Source of the DNA: Ministeria vibrans ATCC 50519
Lineage: Eukaryota; Protista; Filasterea
DNA: 64,000 nt
Direction of reading: 5' to 3'
NCBI GenBank assembly: GCA_943704425.1
Contig: CALSCP010001735.1
Coordinates: 62,199-126,198, forward strand
This document shows positions 48,305 to 62,499 of this stretch, piece after piece (position 1 is the first letter of the stretch; each line of letters begins with the position of its first letter). The notes below the pieces were generated by a model. That model was not told where the DNA came from, did not search any database, and saw nothing but the letters and a program-made list of their open reading frames with translations. Position numbers and translations under genes: made by a program.

Positions 48305-49999
48305 ATGTCAACGTTCGGAAAGGTGTTCCGCGTGACAACATTTGGCGAGTCGCACTGTGCAGGAGTCGGCGCTATCATTGATGGCGTGCCACCGCAGGTT
48401 TGATCCGTTGCACTTCTGATTGCGTCTCCTCACACTAACTGGAGTAGATGCAACTCAGCGAAGCGGACATCCAGCCGCAGCTTTCGCGCCGCCGACCGGG
48501 ACAGAATGCATTGACAACACAGGTGTGTACCAACGAGAGACAAGAAAGAGACTCACTCATGGACTGCACAGCGTGACGAGAAAGATCAAGTCAAGATTCT
48601 GAGCGGCACTGAGTTTGGAAGAACACTGGGCACTCCCATTGGGCTGATGGTGGCCAACCAAGGTGACTGCTGTGTGCGCTTGCATCCCGTCTTTCTCACC
48701 GTTGCCTCCGTCCCCTGTGTGTTCCTCCTAGACCATCGACCGGGTGACTACGCCTCCATGAATGCCATCCCACGGCCCTCCCATGCCGACTTCACGTACT
48801 TTGCCAAGTACGGCACGCACGCGAGTAGCGGGGGCGGCCGCAGCAGTGCACGCGAGACAATCGGACGAGTTGCCGCCGGCGCCATTGCCGAGAAGTGGCT
48901 GCGTCTCCGGTTTGGTGTGGAGGTACAACACCAGCACTCTTCTGTGCTCCGCTGCCCTGTGCATTCATTTTTGCCTTTGTTCCCCTTGTAAGATTATTGC
49001 GTTTGTCAGTGGCGCAGGCACCGAACGACTTGCAGACGAGCACGTTGAATTGGCCACCATCTCGCGAAGCGATGTCGACGAAACACTTATGAGATGTCCG
49101 CACAAAGAAACGGCAGAGCGAATGATGAAGCAGGTCGAAGAAGGTAGCGACGCATGTTGATGAAGTTGAAAGATGTCAAATTTGCATTGTATCACAGCCA
49201 AAGAAGCACACGACAGTATTGGGGGCATTGTGACGTGTGTGTGCCGAAACGTCCCGGCAGGTCTGGGAGAGCCGTGTTTTGACAAGGCACGTCACACTAA
49301 GAGCCCGCACGCTCATTCATTCCTTACTGACACCAGTCTCTGTGCCCCCTGTCCTGTGTTACCGTGTAGCTTGAGGCGATGTTGGCACACGCCATGATGT
49401 CCATCCCCGCCACAAAGGGATTTGAGATTGGCAGTGGATTTGCCGGTATTCAAAAAAACAACTCAAAGAAACACAAGTCCAACCCTTCAAACAGCTAGCT
49501 CAACCAACCAAAGCCAAACAACTCTACCAAATTAGATTAAATCACCTCAAAATAACCACAAAAAAAAATAACAGTGCCAAAAAATTTGTGTCATGTAGGA
49601 ACTCGGATGCACGGAAGCGAACACAACGACGCGTTCGAAGGGCGGGCAGACGGTACACTGGGTACAGTGACGAATCGCAGCGGAGGCATTCAAGGTGGGA
49701 TCAGCAACGGCGAGGCCGTGCTCATGCGCATTGCCTTCAAGCCCCCGGCGACCATCGGCCAGGCTCAGGCGACCGTCGACTATGCCGGCACCCCCGCCGA
49801 GCTGGCTGCGCGCGGCCGCCACGACCCGTGTGTCGTCAACCGTGCCGTGCCCATCGTGGAGGCTATGGCGGCGCTTGTCCTCGCCGACGCAGCCATGATC
49901 CAGCTGGCACGTGCTGCTTCTATTGCCCCGCGCGACGCACTGCCCCTCTCCAACTTGCGCGACACCATAAGCGAAGTGACCGAAAGAGCTCCCAAATAA
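48305..49999 (+). CDS. aroC: Chorismate synthase, multi-exon
   Basis: [91 protein letters not shown]. Confidence 0.96.
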
Positions 50000-50032
50000 A
50001 AACAGAATAAAACTTAGTAGTATAATGTCCCT

Positions 50033-50902
50033 TCATTGCATTCCCGTCTCGTCAATGTGCACGGGCGCCTCCATGACACTCGCGTCGACCACGAGCGACT
50101 CCTCTTCGCCCTTGACCAACTCCCAAAACTTGGCCTCGGCACAGGCCACGTCGTTCTTGCGCTTCTCCATCCCCTCCGTCGTCTCCGCCGGCGACTCGTC
50201 CGTCCCGCCTGCTCCTCCGCTACCCCCCTCTCGTTGCTTTAGCCGCATTTCTTTGGTGCGCGCCTCCATTAGCTTTTCACGCTTCGTCTCGCGATCAAAC
50301 AACGCTCCGACCGTCTGCTTCTCTGTTGCACCCGCCACCACCAGCGCCCCTCCCAACTCCACCATTGTCACCGTTCCATCCGCTCCCCCGCAAGCCAACA
50401 GCCGTCCCGTGTCTGGCACAACTGACAGCGACTGCACGGCTACGTCGCTCACGCTGACCGTGAGCGCAGGCTCGCTCTGGCGTACCAAATAGTCCCACAC
50501 GTCGACAGTTCCGTCCATCTTGCTCGTGAAGAAGACGGCAGGGCGCACGGGACTCCAGCAGCCGTCGGTCAGGTAGGCCTGGTGATAGCGCGTCGACATG
50601 ATTGGCGTGCGCAAGTCCTCATTCCACACGCGCGCCGTCCAGTCGCCCACCGACAAAAAGTGCTTGGGAAAGAAGGTGTTGCGTGCAACCGCGTACACCG
50701 GGCCGTGGTGTCCGCCGTATGCCCCGACAATCCGCTCGCTCGCTGACTTTGCCTTGCGGTTGCATGCTACCACCGTTCCCTGCTCGCATCCCACCATAAA
50801 TTTCGTCGGCTACTCGTACGCATCCAGTGTACAAAAAAAAGTCAGAAAAAAAACAAAATAATTAATAATCATAAAAATAATAAGTAAAAATTCATAATAA
50901 TA

Positions 50903-50934
<32 letters not shown>

Positions 50935-52843
50935 ATTATGACACTGATTGTTTTTGTTTTCTTGCTTGTGACTGACCATTGTAGACTCAAACTCGAGTGT
51001 CACTCCGCCCATTAAACGCCCCGTCTTGCCCACGTCAAGCACCAGTGAGTCTGTTGGTTCGCTCAACTTGCGCGTGTCCCACCACAGAACCTTCCATTAA
51101 ATGAAAAAAGAGTTATTTTTAATAAAAAAGAAAAACATCAAAAGCGTACCATTCCATCAGTGGACGTGCTGAAAAACTCGGTTCCCGTCTTGCTGTTGTT
51201 CCATGCAACGCGATGAACAGGGTCCCGATGGCTCTTCTCAATGGGACTTGCCTCCACTGCATGGGAACCCTTGCGCGTGTCCCAGAACGCAACAGAGCCA
51301 TTGTAGCAGCCGCCTGTCAATCGACATCATGTAAAATCATTCATTTCATAATAATTATTATTCACTTCCATTCCTAATAACCCGTCGTTTGTACGTACCA
51401 GCCAAGATGTTCCCGTCCTTTGGATTGTACTCAAGAGAAAGCAAGGCCGACGAAGGTGTGATTGTCATCTCAGGCGCAATCGGGCGTTCAATGTTCCACA
51501 AGTGCGAATCCAATGACAAATCAGAAGGTGCCTGAAGTAACATTAAAACGAAGACGACATGAACAACAATAACATGAATAATAATAAAACACATTAATGA
51601 TTGTCATTAATTATAAATAAATAATTATAATAATTTATAATTATTGAAAAATATAAATAATTTATGCCTATACCTGGTTGAAAAGAGCGACAACAAAATT
51701 GCACCATAGTTGAACAGGAAAAAAAACAGTAATTTTCATCGTAAAACATCAATAATTTAAGCAATACGTATAAATGCATACCTTTTGAAAGTCCAACACG
51801 GAGTAGCTGACTGCAATGCGGCGAGCACCGTCGGGTTGCCAGGACACGTGTGTCGCAGAGCGCGACACGGACGTCTCCTTGGCATGGGGGTCGCGGAAGA
51901 GCTGCACTGTCTTTGCCGTTGGTGTCTCGTTTGTGGGCGCGTTCAACAGCGCTTGCGTTGCATCGTCCGCAAAATACTCCTCGTAAATGTCAAGTGCATT
52001 GTTTTGCTTTACTACATGCTCCATCGTCTACAACATACACACATACATATAATTGTATATTTAATATTAAATTTATGTGCTTGACATATACCAAATCCAG
52101 GATATATTCAGCGTACCTTGCCCAACGAAACCACCGCCTGAATGTACTCCTCTTCCTTCTCCGTCTTTTTTCTGTACCGGATTGTCTGCTCTGCCTCACT
52201 TGCATCCACATCCTTGGGCCAGCCGCCCTCAACATGATTGATGCCGCGCGAAACGTACTCGACAACTTCAGTGTTCACCTACAAAGCAATTTTGCCATTG
52301 TTTTAATAACACCCAGTGCAACGACTGATTCTTCCAGATGTGCACATTGGCAATAGACAGCGTTATTCCCTTGACTTCATGCATACATATGTACGTGTGA
52401 CATATATACGCAACACTTGAGCGCACGAATTGCAGAGGTCCAAAATCATCGTTGCCAAGGCGACGAAAGGTGAGCCAACATTTGTTTTGCCAAAGTGAAG
52501 CAGTTCTAGCGCTAAATTCTCCTCAGATCCCTGCCCCACATTATAATACTCCCCTCATAATACCCATGCAAACGCACCCAAATCACACAGTTAACGCTGA
52601 GCCTCAAACAGTTTGGAAAAATAAAACAGCGAAAAGGTCACGCAAAACTACAATGCTCACTTCATGCTCTGACTTCTCAGCAGACACCTGGACGCCCGCA
52701 CTGGGATGGCTTGAAATCACAAAGTTGTCTTGTAGCTCTTTTTGAGGTGACAAGTCGATGATTAGCTCAGGCATTGTATCACTAAAATGACACATTCGAC
52801 CAAAGTCGGAGCGCTTCCGCTGATACGCATGAACAATCTCCAT
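50033..52843 (-). CDS. DNAI2: Axonemal outer-arm dynein intermediate chain 2 (IC69/IC70 type, WD40)
   Basis: [84 protein letters not shown]. Confidence 0.92.
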
Positions 52844-52975
52844 GTCAAATGACAAAATAATATAGTATATGATTCTGCAAGGAAAATTGAAATTGAAACG
52901 ATAAACTATAAAATATGAATAATATTTAATAATAACTTTGTCACCTTTTTTTCCTTCGTTAGTTTACGTCGGAGT

Positions 52976-53685
52976 ATGCGGGGATGTTGCCCACGATTGT
53001 GTGGCAACAGACTGATCAACACCAATGTGGCAATCATTCCCGCAAGCAAAATGTGTGCGACAGATTACCGCGAAATTGACTGGGCCTTTTGGGGGAATGT
53101 CTTCTTCGCCCTCGGCTCCGCATTGTACCTTATCACTGGCATCATGGCGTAAGGATCCCTGTCACGTTTCGATTTTTGAACTTGTGTCGCGTTTTCACAC
53201 ACATTCCCATCATTCTCGTCCAACTGTTCTCTCTCTCCGACGCCCCACACGCTGACACACGCACCCATACATGCACGCACGCATGCCCCGACTCGCCCAC
53301 ACCCACACTCGCTCACGCTGGTCTGTGTCGTCGTCCCGCTGTAGATTCTGGAGCGGCAAGGAAGACACGCTCGTTGCGTCGTACCTCAATCTGCTCGCGA
53401 GCGTCAACTACATCTTCGACGCTCTTTTTTACCTGCTCGCCTGGTATGTTGAGAAGCGGTTTGTGACGCCCGTCAAGGTTCTCGAAGACGTCGCAGTGGA
53501 CAACGTCTCGCGCGACTACGACCTTGTCGTCAGCGAGCTCCCTACGTGGTTTGAAAAGGCCGACTGGACCTTCTGGGGGTATGCACACACTAAGCTCTAA
53601 GCACACTAAGCACACACACGCGCACACACCCCACATATACCACACACACGCACACCACATATACCACACACACACACCACATATA

Positions 53686-53766
<81 letters not shown>

Positions 53767-54638
53767 ATGTCTTCAAACAATAATCGAAAACAACTTTTGC
53801 TGTAGTGCATTTCTCTTCGTCGTAGCTTCCATTGGTTACTTCGCACAGTCCGTTCTGAGCATCTGGTTTCCCAATGAAGGCTTTGCCAACTTTATGAGTG
53901 GCACTCTGGGCGCAAGTAACGCACCACACAGCAACATCAATGCCTGCTAAATCGCGTCTTACTCTTCATTTTGTTCCTAGTCATCTTCTTGTTCGATAGT
54001 TTTGCCTATATCGCCAGTTGGTGGCTTAACAAGCGCGCCACGGGTGGCACCGAAGACGAGCGATTCATGTTCAGCACAAAGGGCGATTGGAGGTACTCCT
54101 ACCGGCAATCGCTTCAAAATTAATTCGTGTTTCTCTCTAGACTATTCGATTGGTCCGGTTGGGGCGACTGGTACTATCGGTGTTGTAATCGGTGTTGTAT
54201 TTGTGTTATGAGTGTGACCCTAATTCACATCTTCTCCTTCATCATCATCATCTTTTTCTTCTTCTTCTCTCTCGTAGGCTGTTTGTGATAGGATCTGTGC
54301 TCTACATTGCGAGCAACTTTGATCTTGAGTATGTGGATGACACACTGGGCATTCTCATTTCAAACATTATCAACCTGCTCGCCGGTACGTCTCACAACCC
54401 ATGGCGCTTTTTTGGCACTTACTCCATGAAAATAGCCATTCTCTTTATGGTCGATCCATTTTTGTACTTTGTGTCTGGTTGGGCTGAGGAATCTCTGGAG
54501 CGCGAATTCGGGTTGGAAGTGGACTACGACAACGAAGAGGACTACGAAGTCGACGTGGACGAGTACGGCGACAAGGACGACATCAACGACGACGACGACC
54601 AACGCAGTGCGCGACGGTCCCTCTTGCATCATGTATAG
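52976..54638 (+). CDS. Unknown multi-pass membrane protein with three internal hairpin repeats and an acidic tail
   Basis: Spliced exons give three copies of DWxxWG..F...S..Y ... F..D...Y...W (DWAFWG, DWTFWG, DWSGWG). Confidence 0.65.
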
Positions 54639-54862
54639 GCTATCGTCGGACGCATCAGCGTCAACCCCAACAAGCAACAGAAACAACTTATGCCATTTTA
54701 GGAAAATGAAGTGAAAAGACGTAATAAGTAAAAATTAATAATAATAATAATAATAATAATTATTAGTATTATTATAATAATTATTTTACTATGTTTGGAC
54801 TTTTTAAGCAGATCGAAAAAGGGATTTTTTTACCATAAATACCACTTTATTTGATAGTTGCG

Positions 54863-57800
54863 ATGGTCCTGCGGAAGGCCTTCCGCGTCAGCGTGGCGTC
54901 GTCAAAGCTCGTCCAGCGAAGTGTCCTCGTCGAGAACCGCATCGACGACTCGGCCATTCTCCTGCAACCCGATTCCGTCGAACAGCTCAGTACGGACGCC
55001 CGCACCGCCGCCTCTGCTCGGCCACGCATGCATATGCACCTGTGGTCTCCCGCCCTGCGCCAGCACCGTGCGGCGGATTCGCTTCGTCTCCTCTCTTCAT
55101 CGCATCTCTTATTTTTGACAACGATCGAGTGATAATACTTATTATTGTCTCCTTTCAGCACCCGATGAGCTCACTGTGCTCCGCTCTAATAAGCAACACA
55201 CTTTTGCGACCGACGCGTACCACTGTCTGGGCGTTTTGCGCTGTGGTTCGCACGGTAAACACTCAAAGACGCCTCTTTTTTATGGTGTGAGTGTGTGTTG
55301 ATCTGATTTGCTGTGGCGCCTTTCGACTAGGTCTCTATCTGATGCTCATCACTCGCTGTTGCTCGGTTGCCCGTCCATTTGACGGCGCTGAAATATTCAG
55401 GGTGACTCAAGTGGACTTTGTGTCGCTTGTGGATCAGGCGTCGGTGGCAAGCGCCGGCAATGGGGCGGGCGGGAGTGGCACCAGCGACACGGAGGATGTC
55501 GGGACGAAACTGGCGGGAGTGAAGAAGCTGCTCAACTCGGGTTCATTCTACTTTGGCGTTGGTTACGACGTTACTCAGAGTGCGCTCATGTTGTGCAAGG
55601 GCGAAGGCCGCGACACTCGTTTCATTTGGAACCGACACATGCGAAAATTCTTCACGGAACGTGGTAGTGCCGTCCAACCCGACCTGTGGACCACGCGTGT
55701 TATCCGTGGTGCCGTCGTCTTCTCCACCGTCTACGCCGGCGTGCGTCAAGCCAAAATTGGCGTGTTGTCCCGCATCAGTTGTGAACGCGCTGGCAAGCGC
55801 TATCTCACGCGCGGTGTCGATGACGACGGATGTGTAGCTAACTTTGTTGAGACGGAGCAGGTGAGAAAAAAAGACAGTTTGACTGTGTTCCCATCATAAT
55901 TATTATTATTGAATTGTTATTGTATTATTATGTATTATTATAATTGTATTATTATTGTATTATAATTGTATTATTATTGTACTATTGGTATTCACCTCGT
56001 CTGCTTATTTGTAGTTGATCTTCCTCGAGGGCAAAATGATGGCATTCCTGCAAACACGCGGTTCGGTACCCGTTTTCTGGGAGCAGCCGGGTCTGCAGGT
56101 GGGTGCGCACAAGGTGCGTCTGTCCCGCTCGCACGAGGCAACGGCACCCGCGTTCCGGCGTCACATAGACCGCCAGTTCACTCTCTACAGTGCCGTCCAG
56201 ATAGTCAATCTTCTTGGCGCCGGTGCCTCTGAGAAGGAGCTCTCCGATGCATACGTGAAACACTCGCAAGAATGGCAATCTGTCGATGACTCGCCCCTTC
56301 CCCTCATCTCTTTTGACTTTCACGCGGTAAGTATTCAAAGTGCTCTTACGTATGTGTGGACTGGTCGAAAGGAGAGAGGGAGAGAGATGCGGAAAAAGAA
56401 AGAAAGAAACAAACAAACAAAGTGATAGAGAGGCAGAGTGCGAGAGGGAAGAACGAAAGTCGAGAGAGAAAACGAAACTCGAGAGAGAAAACGAAACTAG
56501 AGAAGGGGCGCGGCTTCTGATTGAATGTGTGTTGCAGCGCACCAAAGGAGGACGACTCGAGAACCTGAATGAGCTGGTGGACTCGCTGCAGGATTACATT
56601 TCCAGCAATGGCTACAACATGTTCAACGGCCGCTCCGTCGTCAGTGTTCAGGCAGGTGTTGTTCGCACTAACTGTCTCGACTGCCTCGACCGTACCAATG
56701 TCGTCCAGATGACAATTGCCCATCAGGTAGAGAACCTTTTACTAATATTATGACACTCATAATAGTAATAATTCTAAATTCATAATAATAATAATAATTA
56801 TTATTAATAATTATTTATAATTATTTGTGTTTCTTTGCTTCTCCTTTTGCCGTAGGTCCTTGCCTCACAACTGAAAAAACTTGGTCTTCATACCCCTTTG
56901 CTACGCACACGATTCAGCGAGGTTTTTCGCAAGTTGTGGGTGCGCAATGGCGATGCGATTTCTCGTTGCTACGCCGGCACAGGCGCGCTCAAGGCGGACG
57001 TGACGCTCAAGGGCAAGCGCACCAAGAAGGGTGCTTTCCGCGACACCATGCGCTCCGTCAGTCGTGCCATTCAGAACAACTTTTTTGATGGTAAGCGCCA
57101 GTTGGCCATGGACGTGCTGTTGGGCACAGACGTCGACGAGAGTGTGTTGCGCGCATCGGAGGAGTCATCGGGACTCACCGGCAGTGGCGGCGGTCCCAGT
57201 GGCAGTGCATCGGGCGTTGGCACGCTCAATCGGCGCATCATTGAGAAGCTCAAGGAACGCGAGTCGGAGTTTTCCACCGTCGAGCAGCTTCGTCTTTTTG
57301 TTGGCACGTGGAACGTCAATGGGGGTCTGGCCAAGAGCGAGGAGGACAAACTCGAGGAGTGGCTCGTCAATCCCGCCTGTCAGTCGTACACATTCAAAGA
57401 GGATGCGCTCGTGTCGCTTGACGATAACCACCACAACAACACGAACACCGGCAGCAGGAGCAACAGCGACACCAGCGGCCGTAGCACTGCCGCCACCAAC
57501 GACGAACAGACTCCGTCGCCCGATGTGTTTGTCATTGGCTTCCAGGAGGTGGTCGACCTGACAGCGAGCAACATTGTGGGCGCAGCAGACCAGTTCAACC
57601 GACATGTGTGGGAGAAGAGTTTGAAGCGCACGATCAACGGACAGCAGCATCGAGGCTGGCCCTCGTACGCTCTCGTCGTGAGTCGTCAGCTTGTGGGTCT
57701 GTGTATTTGTATCTTTGCCAAACAGTCGCTCATGCCGTTTGTACGTGATGTGGTCATTGGCACGCAGAAGACTGGTATGCGTGGGATGGCAGCGAACAAG

Positions 57801-58641
57801 GGTGGTATCGCCGCTCGCATCCGCCTGTACAACACAAGCATCTGCTTTGTGTGCGCCCATCTGGCCGCCGGCCAGTCCAATGTGCCCGAGCGCAACCGCG
57901 ACTACCAGAACATTCGCTCGTCCGTCTCGTTTGGCAAAGGGCGCACCATCGACACGCACGACGCCGTCGTGTGGCTTGGTGACTTCAACTATCGCGTCGA
58001 CCTGCCCTACGACGAGTGCAAGCAACGGGCGCTCGAAGGCGGCTACGATATCCTTGCGGAGCACGACCAGCTGCGCTTGCAACGTGCCGCCGGCAAGGTC
58101 TTCGAGGGCTTCACAGAGGGACCCCTTGCCTTTGCACCCACCTACAAGTACGACTTGGGCACCGACGTGTACGACACAAGTGAGAAGGCGCGTTCGCCCG
58201 CCTGGTGCGACCGTGTGCTTTATCAGGGCAAGGCCATTCGCCAGCTGCTCGAGTATGGCCGAGCCGAGTTGCTTACTAGCGATCACCGGCCCGTGTTTGC
58301 CGTCATGGTGCTCAATGCTCTTCACATTGACAGTGACGCACGCGAACGCATTCTGTCTCAACTCATCAGCGAGTTTGAGCTCACCGACGGTGTTACCGTG
58401 ACAATGGCACCTGTGCCGCCCAATGTCACGCGCGACCACGTCGAGCTGCTCATGTCCAAGTACGGGACCATTCTGCGTGTGCGGCTCGTCGCCGGCTGTG
58501 CGCACGTCTGCTTTGAGACCATGGACGGTGCACGGGCCGCCGTTGCCCAGGATGGCAGTCTGAATGTTCTGGGCGCCGAGCAGGCCGATCCGGTCTTTAT
58601 TGAGTATGCTCGTCCTCGCACAGGTGCCTACGAAGGTACGG

Positions 58642-58685
<44 letters not shown>

Positions 58686-59767
58686 NNNNNNNNNNAATCT
58701 CCTTCACCAACAACGTCAATGACTTTGTTTTGTTTATTCATCTTTTAAAACTGTTGTATTTTGGTTTTAATTTAGGGATGTTGGTGGAGTTTGACCCAGG
58801 CGAGAATCAATTGTCGCGGGCGATGATTGCAGCACCACTGCCGGGTGACGAGGAAGTATTTGATGCGCTGGATGAAGACTACAGCTCGGAGGGCGAGGAC
58901 GAAGACGACGAAGGGGACGGCGACAGTCTGCTGGAGCCCGAGAGCGACCGTGACGACAGAAGCCTTAGCGGCGACGTGGAGTTTCGGGCTGTGCCACTCA
59001 GCGCGTCGACTGTCCAACACCAGGATCCTTTTGATGCCGTCGAGCAACAGGCTGTTGCTGCTGCCATTACCAACGCGAATGCTACACCAGCCCCTCGGCC
59101 CTCGCGCCCGCCGCCTCCTCGTGTCGTTGCCAGCTCTTCGTCAACCACACCAGCCAGTACGACGGTATCCTCAGCACCACCCCCGTTGCCTTCGACCCGT
59201 CCCAAATTACCCACGACGGCAACGAAAGCACAACCTCCTGCGCGCCCCGCCCCTCCGGCCAAGCCTCAGCGACCTGCCCCCCCCGTCGTAAAGCGACCTC
59301 GCAGCACTGTTTCGACGTCGGAACACTCAGACAGCACTTCTCAACGTCCACCTTCGACTTCGTCGTCCTACTCCGACGTCACATCACTTGTCAACGACGA
59401 GTCCCCTGCCACGTCCTTTTCCCGTCGGCCGCTGTCCTCCTCCTCGTCGTCGTCGTCGTCGCTCAGTCGTGCCGCTGCGCCTCCTACACGTCCGCCCGCA
59501 CCGCGCCTCACCGTGACCCCATCATCATCGTCACCAGCTGCTGCACCTGCCATCCCTTCATCTCGTGGTCCTGCCCCTCAACTCGAGGCCAGCAAGAGGG
59601 GCACCCCTCCACCACGCCCCGCCCCAGCCGTGCGCGGCCCTCCGCCCCCACTCCCGTCCGCCCCATCGCCAACCTCCTCTGCAGCGCACCGCAAGCCCCC
59701 GCCCCCCATTGTCGCACCGCGTCCCCGTCTATTACCCGAATCCGGCCAAGCGGGTGATGCCGAATGA
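54863..59767 (+). CDS. SYNJ1: Synaptojanin (SAC1, inositol 5-phosphatase, RRM, Pro-rich tail)
   Basis: RGVDDDGCVANFVETEQ, RGSVPVFWEQPG, RTNCLDCLDRTN, GTWNVNGG, GFQEVVDL, GDFNYR, PTYKYD, PAWCDR, SDHRPV, then an RRM-like segment and a Pro-rich tail. Confidence 0.95.
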
Positions 59768-60121
59768 CGTTCTATGATGATTGTACAGCCAATGCAAATT
59801 TATATTATTACCCTTTCATCAACCAAGGAAAAAAAAATAAAAATAAAAAATAAAAAAAAACGTGTCGGCGACCCGTTTCAAAATCGAAAAACACTGCACA
59901 GTGGCCCTAGAAGGAACGAAACACGACGTGGCGGTGGCGTCGTTGCTGGCATATACTGTGCGTTCTCTGTGCGTGCCTTCCGAACGCTGGTTTGTTGTCG
60001 CATCACATTGTGTTGTTTTTTTTTTTCCGTTGGCGGCGTGTCGCGATCTCGAAAAAAAAAAACGCTTTTCAGACACAATTTGAATTCAACTTCCCTGCCG
60101 AAGTCGCGTAGCACTACAGAC

Positions 60122-61192
60122 ATGTCGCAGGCATCGATGGAGAACCCAATAGACCGCATTCAGTGCCTGATACAGGCCACGTCGCAAGATATCATTCGCG
60201 ATCTTCAAAGCGACTCAATGGGCGGCGAGCTGCTCGACGGCAGCCTGCGCATGACGGACACCCAGCAACAGTGCACGCCGACCACGGCGGCGGCCAATGC
60301 GGTGGGAGTCCTCGCACAGCCCATGGAAGTGCCTCAAAACGACAGTGGCGCCGAAGACCACCAACATTTTGCAATAGGCGACGGCGACGAGACCGACGAG
60401 ATCGACGGGGCTGTGCGACGAGGAGCCGGGCGTCCCCGGTCGAAGCGCATGTCCGAAAAGCGAAAGTACGCGGCAGCGATGGGTAACGGTCACGAACGAA
60501 ACGGAGACCACATCGACCTTGACGACGACGACGACGACGACGACGATGATGAGGAGGATGACGAGGACGATGATGACGATGAAGACGGTGGCGGGGGTGG
60601 GTACAATCGTCGTGGCAACGGCGCTCAGAAGGGACGCTCTCGACGACGCCGTCAACGACCGGTCGATATGGACGAGGACGATGAGGGAGCAATGAGTGAT
60701 GAGGTCAAGTTGTTTTTGCCGTCGGCCAAACGCAAGCGCAACACCAAGAAGCGCAAGGTCTCCGGTGGTGCAGGTGGTGCTGCAGAGTCCTCTTCGCCGC
60801 CCACGTTCCGACCGCCGGGACTTTCGCGAGGAGGGCATCGTGGAAGCAGTGTGAGCAGCGGCCGCTCGAGATCCTCCGCCGCCGCTGGTGGTGGTGGGGT
60901 GTTTTCGCCGTCCCTTCCCGAACACGATACTCTGGCAGCGCACAGCGCTCGTCCCCAGCCTAGCGGACCGTTCAATTTCTCTGTGGAGTTGCCTCGTGAC
61001 AAGACTCTGGGCGTGTCCGATCGCTCTAAGGCCTGGATTTACTCATCAACCTACAACAGGTATGAATCATATTATTAATAACAAAAAAATCAACAGAATG
61101 ATAAGAAAATAAAGAGATTGTGGAGCTGTACAAATTTATCATATTATTACTATTATTATTATTATTATTATTATATTATTATTATTATTATT

Positions 61193-61268
<76 letters not shown>

Positions 61269-62457
61269 TTGTTGTTGTTTTTGTTGTTGTTCCTGTTGTT
61301 TTTTGTTTTTATTGTTCATTATTAATTTTTTTTATTGTTCATCTTTCTTCTTTGTCAACTGTTGCAGATTATTTGTGAGACCGCAAAAACCAATCACAGT
61401 CATCTTTGCGGTGCGACGACGACTTCCTCCGGGCTCGACAGCACGCGTGCGCATGGTCGCGCGCTTTGAGGCACCCGAACGCCGACACACACCTATTGTG
61501 CGCTGTCCCCTCCACTTGGTACCCACTCAGTCTGCCGCGCCAGCATTGCCTGGCGCCAAGCCGGTCGAGTCGCCGTCGGCGTCTCCCATCAAACCGACAC
61601 GTCGTCAGGCGGCTGTCGCTGCCGCTGCAGCCGAAGCTGCTGCAGCCGCTGCAAAAGCCGCTCCTTCTTCTACCGCCTCCTCCTCTTCGTCGCACAGCGG
61701 CGCTCGCCGCAACCTGGACATATCATCGCGTCAACGCATGGACATCAGCTCATCTGGTGGTGGCGGCGGTGGTGGTGGTGGTGATAATGGTCCAACAGAC
61801 AGATTACTGATGCTTGCGCGCACAGCGAGCATGGCCGACGAAGACAAAATCAGCTTGCCCGACAATGACACACCCGTCGCACCAACGTCGCTCGAAGGTC
61901 GTCGCTTCATGGGCTCGTCCCTTCCGCCCCGCACTCAGTTTTTGCTGGTGCAAAATGACCGTGCCATGTACGAAGCGGTCGACGGTCACGAGACAGTCAC
62001 TGTGCCACTGGTGCGTGCCGATGTCAGCTCGGGTACTACCCAGTTTGAAGTGCTCTCCATGGGCTGCTTCACGTCGTGCAAGTCCATCGACAAGCACGGA
62101 ATTGAGTTGCACTTTTCCCTCGAAATCGATGGTGTTGTAAAGGGCACCTACACCATTGGCGTGCGTGTATGTGCATGTCCTATTCGGTAAAAAGAAAAAG
62201 AACCAACAATTATTATGAATTAAAACATTTTATTGTATTTTTTTTTTTTTTTTTTCCCTTTTAGTGACCATCGACAAGTGGAACAACCGTCGACAAAAAA
62301 GTCACGCAAAAAGTCGGATTTGGCAGCGGCAGCAGAAGCGGCAACGAACAACGGTTGGGAGCAGCAGCACCAGCAACAAACGTCACACCTGAACGGACGT
62401 CTGGCGCAGACACATCAATTGCAAGAACAGGGGGCCTACTATCAGCCTCAACTGCAT

Positions 62458-62499
<42 letters not shown>

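Noticed and set aside
61120-61367. Poly-L/Y/C N-terminus of the 356-aa ORF
   Set aside because: Translation of an intronic TTA/TTG microsatellite; the real exon starts at 61368.
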